Both the position numbers and the translations under genes were made by a program. Positions 1 to 9,648 of a stretch of 64,000 nucleotides of DNA are shown one piece after another. The notes under the pieces were generated by a model, which searched no databases, was not told the origin of the DNA, and saw only the letters and a program-made list of their open reading frames with translations. The DNA is from a virus (taxonomy: Duplodnaviria > Caudoviricetes). The first letter of the stretch is position 1. Each line of letters starts with the position of its first letter. The stretch covers positions 1 to 64,000 of IMG/VR virus record IMGVR_UViG_3300037183_000082; one strand, 5' to 3'.

Positions 1-138
1 CTGAGTTGGACCGCGGCTCGCCGGCCGCGTTCGCGTGCGCACTGAGCGTGCCCGGGTTGGTGGTGCGGCGAATCGCGCGGATCGAGGCGTCCACCTGTCC
101 GCGGTTTCGACTGGCTGTGCTCACGAGGGGCCCCCTGG

Positions 139-399
139 TTAGGGCGGGGTCCCGTTTCCCGAGCGCGCCGCCGCTACGATAGTATCAAGCAACGCGGCAA
201 CTCTCGGCGCCTTCATCGTGAGAAGACCTCGAAGGGTGTTTCCTGCGACTTTCGCCCCCGCACGCACAAGCTCAGCACATGCGCCAGTGTGCGCAGCGAA
301 CAGGGGCTTTCCGGCGGCACCGAACAGAATGTCTTTGCTCGGGTCGACTTCAAGCCCGCACACCTTGCAGTAGATGGGCCCGTGCGCGAGCGTGCTCAC
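139..399 (-). CDS. small hypothetical protein with CxxC
   Basis: ORF 139..471; GTG at 399 overlaps the TGA of the upstream gene (GTGA coupling); YCKVC motif. Confidence 0.55.
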   Translation of the reverse strand: MSTLAHGPIYCKVCGLEVDPSKDILFGAAGKPLFAAHTGACAELVRAGAKVAGNTLRGLLTMKAPRVAALLDTIVAAARSGNGTPP

Positions 400-590
400 T
401 TGTACCAGCTTTTCACGCCGATTTTCTGCTGCAGCGCGGCCTGTTTGGCGCGTGCGGCGCACGGCGAGCAATCAGTCTTGCTCTTTTTCTTGGTCGTACC
501 CTGGCTCGATTGCGCGACCTGGGCGCCCTTGTTCATGAGCGACTGCGCCGCCCCCGTCAGCAAATTTCCGAGAAGTCCCATCGGTGCCAC
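396..590 (-). CDS. small basic hypothetical protein
   Basis: ORF in the minus-strand operon, stop coupled to the next start. Confidence 0.6.
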   Translation of the reverse strand: MAPMGLLGNLLTGAAQSLMNKGAQVAQSSQGTTKKKSKTDCSPCAARAKQAALQQKIGVKSWYK

Positions 591-652
591 CTCCTGCTCA
601 GGCTAGCGTACACCAAGGGTGCTTTTGGCTGTGCTGCTATAGGGGTACACGG

Positions 653-1075
653 TCAGCGAGGCTTGCGCTTGAGCGCGAAGTAGAAGCTCGTACCCGACCA
701 CGCAAGAAACGCTGCGCCCACACCCCAGTGAACCGCGCGCCACTGATGCACGGTCTCGGCCGCAGACCACACCGCGCCCGCTGTGAGGCCGCCCGTGAGC
801 GCGCCCTTGCGGCTGCCCTGCGCCATGTACCCAATGAGCCCGCCGACCGCGAGCGCGCCCGCGTAGCCACCGAGCACGTAGGGCCAGTCGATGCGCCCAA
901 TCAGCTGAACCACGGTCTCCGCTGAGACCGAGCCGCCCCCGTTGCCAGGTGCGAGCGGGAGCCCAGGCGGAGGTGGCGCTGCAGGCGGGCTTGCATCTGC
1001 AAGGCGCGCGATGCCATGCCCCGTCGCATAGGCGGTAGGCATCGGTGCTCGTGCTGTGCGCGCGGCGCGGCTCAT
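653..1075 (-). CDS. membrane protein, putative virion membrane component
   Basis: Several Gly/Ala-rich hydrophobic segments ending LKRKPR; start chosen at the ATGA overlap with the 1072 stop. Confidence 0.65.
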   Translation of the reverse strand: MSRAARTARAPMPTAYATGHGIARLADASPPAAPPPPGLPLAPGNGGGSVSAETVVQLIGRIDWPYVLGGYAGALAVGGLIGYMAQGSRKGALTGGLTAGAVWSAAETVHQWRAVHWGVGAAFLAWSGTSFYFALKRKPR

Positions 1076-1449
1076 GCGAGCGATGCCGTCGGCATGTGAC
1101 TTTGGAAGTAGGAGATCAGAAGGCCCACGACGGCGTAGCCCTCGGTCGCCGCGCACCAGATCTCCTGATCAGGGCCGACGTCAACCACGATCTGTGCACC
1201 GGGCGGGTAGGGCGTGCCCTTGTAGATGCGGTTAGGACCCGCCGCGCGCGAGATGTTCGTGGCGGGATCCGGGAAGCGCGGGTCGGGGGTCATGATCGTG
1301 ACGATGCCTGGGCTCGGGGGCACGAGGATTTGCACGCGACGAAACGCACCCGGCGGAAGCCGCGCGGCATCCTGCTCGGCCGCGAGGATGCGCCGAAACT
1401 CCTGGGTCACGGTAACGCGGGGACTCTCCGAAGCTTTGCGCAACTGCAT
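1072..1449 (-). CDS. small beta-rich protein, possible penton/minor capsid protein
   Basis: Alternating hydrophobic strands (VQILV, QIVVDV, VVGLLISY) directly downstream of the capsid-like genes; function inferred. Confidence 0.5.
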   Translation of the reverse strand: MQLRKASESPRVTVTQEFRRILAAEQDAARLPPGAFRRVQILVPPSPGIVTIMTPDPRFPDPATNISRAAGPNRIYKGTPYPPGAQIVVDVGPDQEIWCAATEGYAVVGLLISYFQSHMPTASLA

Positions 1450-1459
1450 GGGACAGACC

Positions 1460-2419
1460 TCACTGGATCGCGATGTAACCGACGAGCGCAATGCCGACGT
1501 TCGTCAGCACCTCTGACGTGTAGGGCAAGGCACTCGCCGACACGAGGATTCCCTCGCCTGGCTCCCAGAGCAGCCCATTGCCCGGAAACTGGTGCACGAG
1601 ACCGCGGCCCGAGTAGGTGCCCCACAAGGAACCAAGGCACAGGTTCGGTTGACTCGGCGCCGAGACCACCCAGTCTGCGTTCGTGCCGTTACCGATCTGG
1701 CGCACGCCCATTTCGATGTTGCGCAGATCGCCGATGGCGGTCGTGTCGTCGACACCAGCCGCCGCGTTCACCGTGATGTCGGTGATCAAAACAGGCTCGG
1801 CGCCGTCGTTCTTGAAGTTCTCGGGCGGAATGGTGGTCTGCGCGAGCGTGCTGAGCAGCACCGTGCCTGAGAACAAGTACGGGCGCTTGCTCAGAAGGCC
1901 TACGCCCGTGATCGTAACGGCTGCGGGGATGGCGCCTGTTTCCGTGAGCACGAGCGCGCGCAGCGTCACGACCAGCGCATCGCGCACGCTGAGCACGAAT
2001 GGCCGCCAGGGGCGCAAGCTGGATGTGCCCGGGTTGATGACATCGCTCGACGCGTTGACCTGCGTGCCCCAGCACGGGATCGGAACGAAGGTCTCATTCA
2101 TGTAGAACTGGTCATGGAAACGTAGCTGCATCCCGACCTGCTGAATGGTGTCCTCGGCGGGGGTGAGCGCGCCGGTTTCGCGATCGAAGTCCGTGACACG
2201 CGTAGAGGTCACCATGTGCGTGATGCGCACCGGGAAGTCTTCGCCGTTCACGAACGTGTTGGCATCCGCGAACACCGGGATAGGGTTGCCCTCTGAGGTG
2301 TCGATCGAGAGCGCCTCGTAATACAGCCGCGGCTCCTCGATCACGCCCCGGGCGATGTTCTCGCTTGCGAGCTTGATCAGGTAGCTCTCGTATTCCTTGG
2401 TGTTCGGATTCAGATCCAT
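1460..2419 (-). CDS. beta-rich two-domain capsid-like protein (putative jelly-roll)
   Basis: 319 aa; two halves each ending in a hydrophobic strand plus Gly (AVTITGVG, VGIALVGY); in the capsid gene cluster. Confidence 0.55.
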   Translation of the reverse strand: MDLNPNTKEYESYLIKLASENIARGVIEEPRLYYEALSIDTSEGNPIPVFADANTFVNGEDFPVRITHMVTSTRVTDFDRETGALTPAEDTIQQVGMQLRFHDQFYMNETFVPIPCWGTQVNASSDVINPGTSSLRPWRPFVLSVRDALVVTLRALVLTETGAIPAAVTITGVGLLSKRPYLFSGTVLLSTLAQTTIPPENFKNDGAEPVLITDITVNAAAGVDDTTAIGDLRNIEMGVRQIGNGTNADWVVSAPSQPNLCLGSLWGTYSGRGLVHQFPGNGLLWEPGEGILVSASALPYTSEVLTNVGIALVGYIAIQ

Positions 2420-2423
2420 CGCC

Positions 2424-3584
2424 TTACCCCTTGATCACAGCGAAGCCGTTGAGACTGATCCCGAGCGTGAAGCGCTCAGCGAGCGTGCGATCGCCCCCCT
2501 CGAACGCGAGCCCCGGAATCTTGACCTGCATGTCGAACGTATCGCCTGGCCCGAGCGTCACCGCCTCGTCAAGCTCGTAGACGACGGCAGGCGTGATGCT
2601 GTCGAGCACAAGCGCGATGGGGGCCCCGGGGCGCCACCAATGCGCCCCACCACCGCCACCGTTCGTCACGCGCGCGCTGATACCCACGCTCTGACTCACC
2701 GGCGCCACACGACCCGGCACGATGGGGCCGCCTGCGAACGGGGTCGAGAGCCAGGCCTGGTCATACTCGACCTGATCGATCGCAACCGACATGCCGAGGA
2801 TCTTGGTCGAGCCGGAGCGCGTGGCCTCTTGCCTGTCGAATTCGGTCGCAGAGAACGTCGACTGGGGCGCCCAGAACGGCACCCCGTTAGGCGTGGTCGG
2901 GTTTTGGAGCTGCGGCGGCAAGGGCCAGGGCCAGCCGTCCTCGTTCTGCTGCGGGATGGCGTTGAACCCGCCCGCTGCGCGACTCACCTGCACCGGCATG
3001 GATTTGGTGCGCGCCGAGCCGGCAAAAAGACCGCCCGCTTCGAGGTAGGCCACTGTGGCCGGGAGCGAATCGATGCTCGCGTTGCCAAGCACGTTGATGC
3101 GACCGCCGCCGTCATCAAACGAGAAGTCCTGAATCGAGCTGAGCCGCGTCTCGATGCTGCCCGTGCGCGGCAAGTAGAGGGGCTTTTTGAAGTTGAGCCG
3201 ACACTGGCCGTAAAGAGAGCCCGCGCCACCCTTGGGTTGAGGCTCGGACGTCGGTTTCGGCCGCGCCGTCGCCGTCACGATGCTCTTGCGCGAGTAGTTC
3301 TGCCGCTGCGGCGCGTTCCACTGAAAGAGCGCCTGGCCGTTCAAGATCTCCGTGCCAGCTCCGTTCGGCACGTAGTTCGTGACACCCACCGGCGAAACCC
3401 GAAAGGGGTAGTTGATGGCCGCGATCGCCAGCCGCTCGAACACGATGGGGTAGGGCCCGGGATTGCGGAAGTGCTCGCGGCTCAGCACGAGATTCGAGAG
3501 CACCTCGCCCGCCTGCGGTGAAGCTCCACCCACCGCCCACAACGACCGCGGCTCGTACCAGATACCGCCTTCAGGTTCAGCCAT
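2424..3584 (-). CDS. beta-rich capsid-like protein (putative jelly-roll), probable paralog of 1460..2419
   Basis: C-terminal half resembles 1460..2419 (PI-LVLD/VYELDEAVTLGPGD-F; ends GISLNGFAVIKG). Confidence 0.55.
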   Translation of the reverse strand: MAEPEGGIWYEPRSLWAVGGASPQAGEVLSNLVLSREHFRNPGPYPIVFERLAIAAINYPFRVSPVGVTNYVPNGAGTEILNGQALFQWNAPQRQNYSRKSIVTATARPKPTSEPQPKGGAGSLYGQCRLNFKKPLYLPRTGSIETRLSSIQDFSFDDGGGRINVLGNASIDSLPATVAYLEAGGLFAGSARTKSMPVQVSRAAGGFNAIPQQNEDGWPWPLPPQLQNPTTPNGVPFWAPQSTFSATEFDRQEATRSGSTKILGMSVAIDQVEYDQAWLSTPFAGGPIVPGRVAPVSQSVGISARVTNGGGGGAHWWRPGAPIALVLDSITPAVVYELDEAVTLGPGDTFDMQVKIPGLAFEGGDRTLAERFTLGISLNGFAVIKG

Positions 3585-3674
3585 CGCTCGCTCTCCCCCC
3601 AAACACTCACGCCCTCAAGCATCCTAGCGGAAAGCCAGGACGCCCAAGGGCGTTCGTTCAACCAGCACCTGAAA

Positions 3675-4415
3675 TCAGGCGACTGCGCGACGCTTCAGGC
3701 CGTCCATGTAGACGCGAAGCCGCCAGCTCTGGTCGAGGCCAGTGATCTGGCCGCCCGGCGTCTTGAGCGCAACGTACGCAGCACGGTCGGCGTCGATCTT
3801 GATCGGCAGGTTCCAGCGGCGCTGGTTGTCCGGCCACACGGGACCACCCGTGCCGTAGTCGAGCGCGAGGTTCGAGATGTTCGGACCACCGCCCTGGGCG
3901 ATGCTCACGAGCAACCCGTCGCCCGAGCTGAACGCCACCGCACCGAGACCTTGGCCGTAGTAGGCAAGGGGTGCGGAAGCCATCGGCTTCGAGATGTTCG
4001 CGCCGACGAACAGCTCCATGAGCATGTCCTTCTGCAGGCGGCGCAGGTTCGTGCCCGTGAGGATGGGATCGACCGCGGTAATGTCGGTCGAGCCCGGCTC
4101 CCCAAAGCTCGGATCGCGCTCAAGCGCGAAGGGCTCGTAGGTGAGGTTGAAGCAGATAAAGCCCTCATCGTGGTTGATGCGACCACGCACCACCTGGTTG
4201 GTGTCCGAGACACCCGCCGTGACGGGCGCAAGCACGCCCATGACGGGGATGCGGTCGCCCACCACGTACTCGAACAGGCGCAGATCGCCGCCAGCGCCGT
4301 TGCCGGAGCTTGCGACGTTGCCCTGCCCGAGGCCCGTCGAGAACAGCGGCCAGTGCAGCCACTCCTCGACGTTGATTTCGGTGCCGTCCGTGAGTCGGAT
4401 TTTCTCGATTGCCAT
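3675..4415 (-). CDS. putative major capsid protein, single jelly-roll type, paralog 3
   Basis: N-term IEKIRLTDG-EINVEEW-HWPLFST and C-term RVYMDGLKRRAVA are shared with the two upstream genes. Confidence 0.65.
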   Translation of the reverse strand: MAIEKIRLTDGTEINVEEWLHWPLFSTGLGQGNVASSGNGAGGDLRLFEYVVGDRIPVMGVLAPVTAGVSDTNQVVRGRINHDEGFICFNLTYEPFALERDPSFGEPGSTDITAVDPILTGTNLRRLQKDMLMELFVGANISKPMASAPLAYYGQGLGAVAFSSGDGLLVSIAQGGGPNISNLALDYGTGGPVWPDNQRRWNLPIKIDADRAAYVALKTPGGQITGLDQSWRLRVYMDGLKRRAVA

Positions 4416-4424
4416 GGTTTCCCC

Positions 4425-5117
4425 TCACGCCACCGCACGACGGCGGAAACCGTCGAGGAAGAGACGGCACACGAGGCGCGCGTCCGTTTGCAGGTTGAGG
4501 CCCGCGACCTCGCCCTTGTTGAAGCTGAGCGCGACCTTGAAGGCCTCGCCGCCTGCGACGTAGAGCGGGCTCGCCAACGCGCGCACGCCCTCGGTGCTGG
4601 TCGAGCCGTTGTAGGCGACCGCCGTGCCCGTGGCGCCGTCCGACACGCGTGTCAGACCGCCCGAGTACACGTGCTGGACACCCGCGGCGCCCGGCCAGTA
4701 CGACAGCGGGCTCTGGGTGTAGTTCTTGACCGCCGCGATCGACAGCTCGATGAGCGTGTCGCGCTGCAGACGAAGCATGTCGGGCAGCGGGACCTCAGGC
4801 TGGTCCGGGTCGGGGAACGCGTTCGGGTCCAGGGCAAGGCCCTGCTTGAACACGTCGATCGCGAGGTAGTGAATCGCGATCTCCTCGTTCTCCGGGAGCT
4901 TCGAGCCCTCGCCCTGCAGGTTGGTGTCGATGGCGGTGGCCATGCGCGGCCCGACGCTGCCCGGCACCACGTCGCCTGACGTGTAGCTGAACGCGTTGAG
5001 GGTCGTGATAGGTCCCGCCGCGACCTCGACCGTGGACCAGAGAGGGACGGCAGACGTCCACTCGCCGGGAACCACGACCATGCCATTCGGTAGACGCATT
5101 TTGCGAATCTGTGCCAT
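4425..5117 (-). CDS. putative major capsid protein, single jelly-roll type, paralog 2
   Basis: N-term QIRKMRLPNG-VVVPGEW-SAVPLWST; C-term RLFLDGFRRRAVA. Confidence 0.65.
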   Translation of the reverse strand: MAQIRKMRLPNGMVVVPGEWTSAVPLWSTVEVAAGPITTLNAFSYTSGDVVPGSVGPRMATAIDTNLQGEGSKLPENEEIAIHYLAIDVFKQGLALDPNAFPDPDQPEVPLPDMLRLQRDTLIELSIAAVKNYTQSPLSYWPGAAGVQHVYSGGLTRVSDGATGTAVAYNGSTSTEGVRALASPLYVAGGEAFKVALSFNKGEVAGLNLQTDARLVCRLFLDGFRRRAVA

Positions 5118-5131
5118 GGGTTCGGGCTCCT

Positions 5132-5905
5132 TCAGCTCACAGGACGCTTGTAGAGGCCGTCCAGGTACACGCGCACGGTGGCCATGATGTTGTCGGGGCC
5201 GTTCGAGGCGCCCGTCACGACCGAGGGAGTCGCCTCCGTCTTGCCGATCCAGATGGGCTGGTTCGCGGCATTGCGGATGCGCAGCTTGAACTTTTCCTGG
5301 CCACCAATGTGGCTCGGAATGACGAGCGAGCGCACCGCCTCATCCGAGGGCAAGCCCTGGGAAGCCGGCGTGACACCCGCGCCCGTGGCCGTGGTGGTGA
5401 TGCCCGCCATCTGCCCGAAGCCCGGGTTGAAGTAGGCGAAACCCGCCTGACTGAAGATCTTCTGCGTGATCTCCAGCTCGATCAGCACCTTCGCGTTCAG
5501 CTCGGCCAACGCGGAGAGCGTCGGAGCGGGCATAAACGCGCGGCTGTTCTTGCCACCGAGGGTCGTGCCGCCCGAGACGCGCGTCGTGAAGTCGTTCGGG
5601 TCGAACGCGTACAGCTGCACGTCGGGCCTGATCGAGTAGACCAGGAATTCCTCAGTCGAGGAGAGCCCGCCCTGCGTCGCCACGTTCGTGTCGTTCGCAG
5701 TGTTCGTGCGCGGGGTGATGGCACCGAGCGCGGGGTTGGCGACTGACGGCACCGGGCGACCGATGGTCACCTGGAAGAGGTTGATCTCTTCGGCCGTGTA
5801 GCCGTTGCCCATGTCGCAGGATGCGAACAGGGGCTTGTCGGACCAGTCGGTAAGCGCGACGACAGCGCCGTCGGGCATCCGAATCTGAACGATCTGATTC
5901 AGCAT
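5132..5905 (-). CDS. putative major capsid protein, single jelly-roll type, paralog 1
   Basis: N-term QIVQIRMPDG-VVALTDW-DKPLFAS; C-term RVYLDGLYKRPVS. Confidence 0.65.
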   Translation of the reverse strand: MLNQIVQIRMPDGAVVALTDWSDKPLFASCDMGNGYTAEEINLFQVTIGRPVPSVANPALGAITPRTNTANDTNVATQGGLSSTEEFLVYSIRPDVQLYAFDPNDFTTRVSGGTTLGGKNSRAFMPAPTLSALAELNAKVLIELEITQKIFSQAGFAYFNPGFGQMAGITTTATGAGVTPASQGLPSDEAVRSLVIPSHIGGQEKFKLRIRNAANQPIWIGKTEATPSVVTGASNGPDNIMATVRVYLDGLYKRPVS

Positions 5906-5926
5906 GGGTGTTCAGCTCCTGTTCGA

Positions 5927-6607
5927 TCAGAACGAGGCCGGCCCGAAGGCCGACACGTCCATGCCTGCGCCCACGCCGCGGGACCGACCGAGGCCCTTGA
6001 CGTTGACGGTTTCGCCGCCCGAATAGGCGTTGTAGCCCTGGGCAGACTCGGGCTCCATCACGATGGCGCCGAGGCGGCGCGCACCGGCGGTGCCGTACTC
6101 GGGCAGGATGGCGCCGACGCCAGAGAAGCCCATCTTGCCGTCGAGCAGCATGTCGGCGAGCAGCACGCCGCCGACCACGCCAGCACCAGCGGCAGCGCCG
6201 TAGCCTGCGGGCTTGCCGGCGAGCATGCCAAGGGCCGCTGCGCCGAGACCGCCGACGACCACGCCGATGGCGGGCGCCCACTTGATCAGCATGGCCTGGG
6301 TGGGCGTCTGCGCGGATACGGCCGTTGCGGTCGTTGCGGCAGCGGCGGCAGCATCGGCGCCAAGGCCCATCTGCTGCCAATGCGCCGCAAGGCCCTTGGT
6401 GGTGGCCGCGTCCGTTTTCGGAGTCGCGAGCATCTTGACGGCCATCGTGGCGATCGCCGTCAGACCGCCACCGATCGCGGCAGGTAGGAAGGAGCCCGAG
6501 AACGAATTGGGCTGCTTCAACGAACCAAGGCCGCTCACGCGACGAGCAACGATCACGTTGCCTACGCCGCGATGTCCACGCCGCCCACGCTTTCTACGCT
6601 TTGCCAT
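5927..6607 (-). CDS. virion membrane/core protein with basic N-terminus
   Basis: MAKRRKRGRRG start, multiple Gly/Ala hydrophobic helices, xGLG motifs; GGAGG RBS upstream. Confidence 0.7.
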   Translation of the reverse strand: MAKRRKRGRRGHRGVGNVIVARRVSGLGSLKQPNSFSGSFLPAAIGGGLTAIATMAVKMLATPKTDAATTKGLAAHWQQMGLGADAAAAAATTATAVSAQTPTQAMLIKWAPAIGVVVGGLGAAALGMLAGKPAGYGAAAGAGVVGGVLLADMLLDGKMGFSGVGAILPEYGTAGARRLGAIVMEPESAQGYNAYSGGETVNVKGLGRSRGVGAGMDVSAFGPASF

Positions 6608-6673
6608 GCTGTCTTCCTCCGGGCGACGAAGCGCCGAGTTAGCGAAACCAGTGTACCGTTACTCTTCTGAGAC

Positions 6674-7111
6674 CTAGCGATTTTTTCGCTTGCGCGCGAA
6701 AACCGCCCACACACCGACGCCAAGGATGGCGACGAGCGCCCCCGCTGACGCCGCGATCGCCTGGTCCCAACGGCGCTTGTCCGTAAGGGCCCGCGACGCG
6801 TTTACCCTGAGCGCTTCGAGCTGGATAAGCAGCGCCTGCCGCTGATTGCCCCAGTCTGCATCGGCGGTGCTGCTCGACTTGGCTTCCATGGCGTCGATCG
6901 CCACGCCCATGCTGCTCAGCTGCGACTTGAGGGTGCCGGACGTGCCTGCACCTTCGTCAGACAGCAGATCGATCAGACCCTGCGCCTGCGCGTGCGCCGC
7001 CCAAAGGATCCCGACGTCAGTCTCACGCGAAGCGCCGACCGCAGCCGCGCCCAAACCGCTGAGCCCCATCATGGGGTAGCTGTACGTCAGGCCTGGAAAA
7101 TGGCGGCTCAC
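6674..7111 (-). CDS. tail-anchored membrane protein
   Basis: C-terminal TM followed by RKRKNR; LSGLG motif; GTGA-coupled start. Confidence 0.65.
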   Translation of the reverse strand: MSRHFPGLTYSYPMMGLSGLGAAAVGASRETDVGILWAAHAQAQGLIDLLSDEGAGTSGTLKSQLSSMGVAIDAMEAKSSSTADADWGNQRQALLIQLEALRVNASRALTDKRRWDQAIAASAGALVAILGVGVWAVFARKRKNR

Positions 7112-7848
7112 TTCTTCTTCCCCCAACGCCACCACGCGAAGCCCACCCCGAACACGCTGGCGCCGATCGCGACGTAGACCCAGGTGCTCAGACCCTTCGA
7201 GGTCGTACCTTCAACAGGTGCGACCTCGGTCGTGCTGAACGAGACATCCTGCGACGGGAGGATGTTCGTCCCGCCACCCTGACCTTGCGTCACAGCCTGC
7301 TGCGCGTCGGTGTTCACCGCAGGCGCGGGGCGCGACACCGGCGCAGGTGCCACAGGCTTTGAGGGCGTGGGCAGCGGTTTGGGCTGCGGGCGCGGTGCGG
7401 GTGCCGGCGCCTGCTGCACGAGCGGGATCGACAGCCGCTCGATGATCATCATGACGCCCGAAGCCCCGTCCGGGTTCGCGACATCGCAAGCATGCGTGTA
7501 GAACGCGCTCTGCGAAAAGCCGGTGTTGTCGACGAGGCAGAGCCACACCGCAAATGCGGTTTTCGGCCCGTACTTGCCATCGATCGTGAGCGGGCCGATC
7601 GCCACGCCCACGCTCTTGTAGAGCGACTTGAGCGTCGACACGCGCGTGTTCCACTGCGTCTGGAACGTGCTCACGGTCGTCGTTTTCACGAGCGTGTGCG
7701 GCTTTTTGCAGCCCGCCCCGCCCTCCATCGCGTCCAACATGCGCACAGCCATCGCACGCAGGTCAGTCAGCGCCTGGATCTGCGCGGCCGATGCCGACGG
7801 CATCGCGATGTAGGTCGAGGTGTCCTTCTGCTGGATCTGCTGCGCCAT
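7108..7848 (-). CDS. tail-anchored protein with peptidoglycan-binding-like motif
   Basis: LTIDGKYGPKT resembles the PG_binding_1 DGxYGPxT signature; Pro-rich linker; C-terminal TM plus GKKK. Confidence 0.6.
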   Translation of the reverse strand: MAQQIQQKDTSTYIAMPSASAAQIQALTDLRAMAVRMLDAMEGGAGCKKPHTLVKTTTVSTFQTQWNTRVSTLKSLYKSVGVAIGPLTIDGKYGPKTAFAVWLCLVDNTGFSQSAFYTHACDVANPDGASGVMMIIERLSIPLVQQAPAPAPRPQPKPLPTPSKPVAPAPVSRPAPAVNTDAQQAVTQGQGGGTNILPSQDVSFSTTEVAPVEGTTSKGLSTWVYVAIGASVFGVGFAWWRWGKKK

Positions 7849-7859
7849 CGCGATTTCCC

Positions 7860-8228
7860 CTAGAAGTAGAGCCGAGCCGCACGCGCGAGCGCGCTACCGA
7901 GCGATTCACTCACCATGCGCGAACCGGGGTTCGTCGGGTGGTTCATCGCGCTGTCGATGACCTGGTTGGCCGAGGGCACGCGGTAGAGCGGCGCTTGGTC
8001 GACGTCGACGATGTCGAGCGCGCCGAGCGGCATGAGCGGTGCGGTCGTCGGGTGGAGGCCGCCCGCAAGCAAGCGCGGCGTCTCGGCCATTTGCGTTGCC
8101 GCCCAGTGGCCATACTGCACCTCTCGTCCTGGGGGCACGATGTAGCCACTCGGCGTGTTGCCGCGACGCGCATCGAGCGCGATCTGCGAGCCGGGCTGCC
8201 CCTTCTGCGTGATGGTGAAACGACGCAT
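7860..8228 (-). CDS. hypothetical virion protein
   Basis: ORF in operon; start at MRRFTITQ after a GAGG RBS. Confidence 0.55.
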   Translation of the reverse strand: MRRFTITQKGQPGSQIALDARRGNTPSGYIVPPGREVQYGHWAATQMAETPRLLAGGLHPTTAPLMPLGALDIVDVDQAPLYRVPSANQVIDSAMNHPTNPGSRMVSESLGSALARAARLYF

Positions 8229-8232
8229 CGGA

Positions 8233-8757
8233 CTACCTCTTTTTTCTGAGCAGCAAGTAGCCGCCGCCCAAGACGAGCACGGCACCGCCCCCCAAAACCC
8301 AGGGATTCTTGTAGAACGGCGCAGGCGCCGTCGGATCGGTAGCGCCGAGCCCGCTCATGTTGAGGTGCGAGGTCGACAGCATTTGCTGGCTCGGAATGCG
8401 CCCGACGCGCAGGTGGCGTGTGGCCGAACCCGAGGGGCGCGCGTAGGCGATGGCGTGGCCGAGGCCGTTGAGTGCGAGCGTCTGGCTCAGCTCCGAAGCG
8501 TAGGCGTGATCGGCGGCAGCCCAGGAGTCACGTCGCACCATGGTGCGCACCGCGTCAGGACCTTCCGCGGTGTTGTCAGCGTGCAGCGTCGTGCGCGCCA
8601 CCTGGCCTGCACCACCCGGGGGCGTTCCCACTGCAGCGCGGGGCTCGAACGCCGGGCGACCACCCACGAACACCATCGACGAGTCCACGACTTTGCCGGG
8701 CATCGCGTTCGCGGTGCTCTGATACGGATTTGGCTTTGAGACCCGAATCGTCGACAT
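8233..8757 (-). CDS. tail-anchored membrane protein
   Basis: MSGLGATDP motif, C-terminal TM plus RKKR. Confidence 0.7.
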   Translation of the reverse strand: MSTIRVSKPNPYQSTANAMPGKVVDSSMVFVGGRPAFEPRAAVGTPPGGAGQVARTTLHADNTAEGPDAVRTMVRRDSWAAADHAYASELSQTLALNGLGHAIAYARPSGSATRHLRVGRIPSQQMLSTSHLNMSGLGATDPTAPAPFYKNPWVLGGGAVLVLGGGYLLLRKKR

Positions 8758-8787
8758 GCTGCCCCCTACTGGACCCGAACCATCGTA

Positions 8788-9648
8788 TCAGGCCCGCTTC
8801 GGTTTCCTGAAAAAGAACCACGACACGCCCAAAGCCCCAGCAAAAGCCCCTGCACCGATTGCGTACTTGGGCCAGCTCGTCGAGGTCGTGACTGCAGGCT
8901 TCGGCGCAGCCTTGGCCTTGGCCGCAGCCGCTGCGGCAGCCTGTGTGATGTGCAGATTCGCCGGAACGGCCATTGCAGGCGGCGCGGCGCTCGTCTTCGA
9001 TGTCGCCATCGCAGTGAGTGCACTCGACGCCGCAGCTTTCGTGATGGCCGTACCCGCCGACGCCGTAGTCGAGGTAGCGGGGCGTGAAGCACCAGGCGCC
9101 GCACCACAGCGCGACCCGCAAATCGCATGCTGCATAAGCGCCGCGAGGTGGTCGATCTCGCGATCGATCTGCCGAATGATCGCGTCCACAACCGTGTGCG
9201 TCAGCTCCGCGACGATCGTGCCCACAGCCATCGACACGATGCCGGCGTAGTTGACTCCACCGCCTTGGTTGAAAATGTGACTCGTGAGCTGGACGTTCGC
9301 TTGCACCGCAGCAACACAGCTCGCGCCTTTTTTGCTCACGCAGTGACCAGTCGCTGAGATCGACACGGCACCGTCTGCAAGCGAGCCAAGTGCCGTTTTC
9401 ACCATGGATTGCAACGTGGCGTTGAGCTTCGCTTTCATCACCTCGATAGGAAGCACCACCATGCTGCAGCAATCGAGATGCTGAGCTACGTCGATCGCAG
9501 CACTGAGTAGCGATGTGCCGGTGATCGCATACGCAGAAGCCTTGCCCGGGATCGCAAAGTAGAACGAATCGACGATGCCGCCGGATGCGGCAGCCGATGC
9601 CGACGCGGCGACCGAAGCCGGAACCAATCCGAGTACGTAGCGACTCAT
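8788..9648 (-). CDS. Ala-rich tail-anchored membrane protein
   Basis: ATGA-coupled start MSRYVLG; C-terminal TM plus RKPKRA. Confidence 0.65.
   Translation of the reverse strand: MSRYVLGLVPASVAASASAAASGGIVDSFYFAIPGKASAYAITGTSLLSAAIDVAQHLDCCSMVVLPIEVMKAKLNATLQSMVKTALGSLADGAVSISATGHCVSKKGASCVAAVQANVQLTSHIFNQGGGVNYAGIVSMAVGTIVAELTHTVVDAIIRQIDREIDHLAALMQHAICGSRCGAAPGASRPATSTTASAGTAITKAAASSALTAMATSKTSAAPPAMAVPANLHITQAAAAAAAKAKAAPKPAVTTSTSWPKYAIGAGAFAGALGVSWFFFRKPKRA

Noticed and set aside
2397-4979. Long plus-strand ORFs 2397..3521 and 3951..4979
   Set aside because: They are antisense shadows of the capsid-like genes, expected from high-GC codon bias, with Arg-rich nonsense composition.
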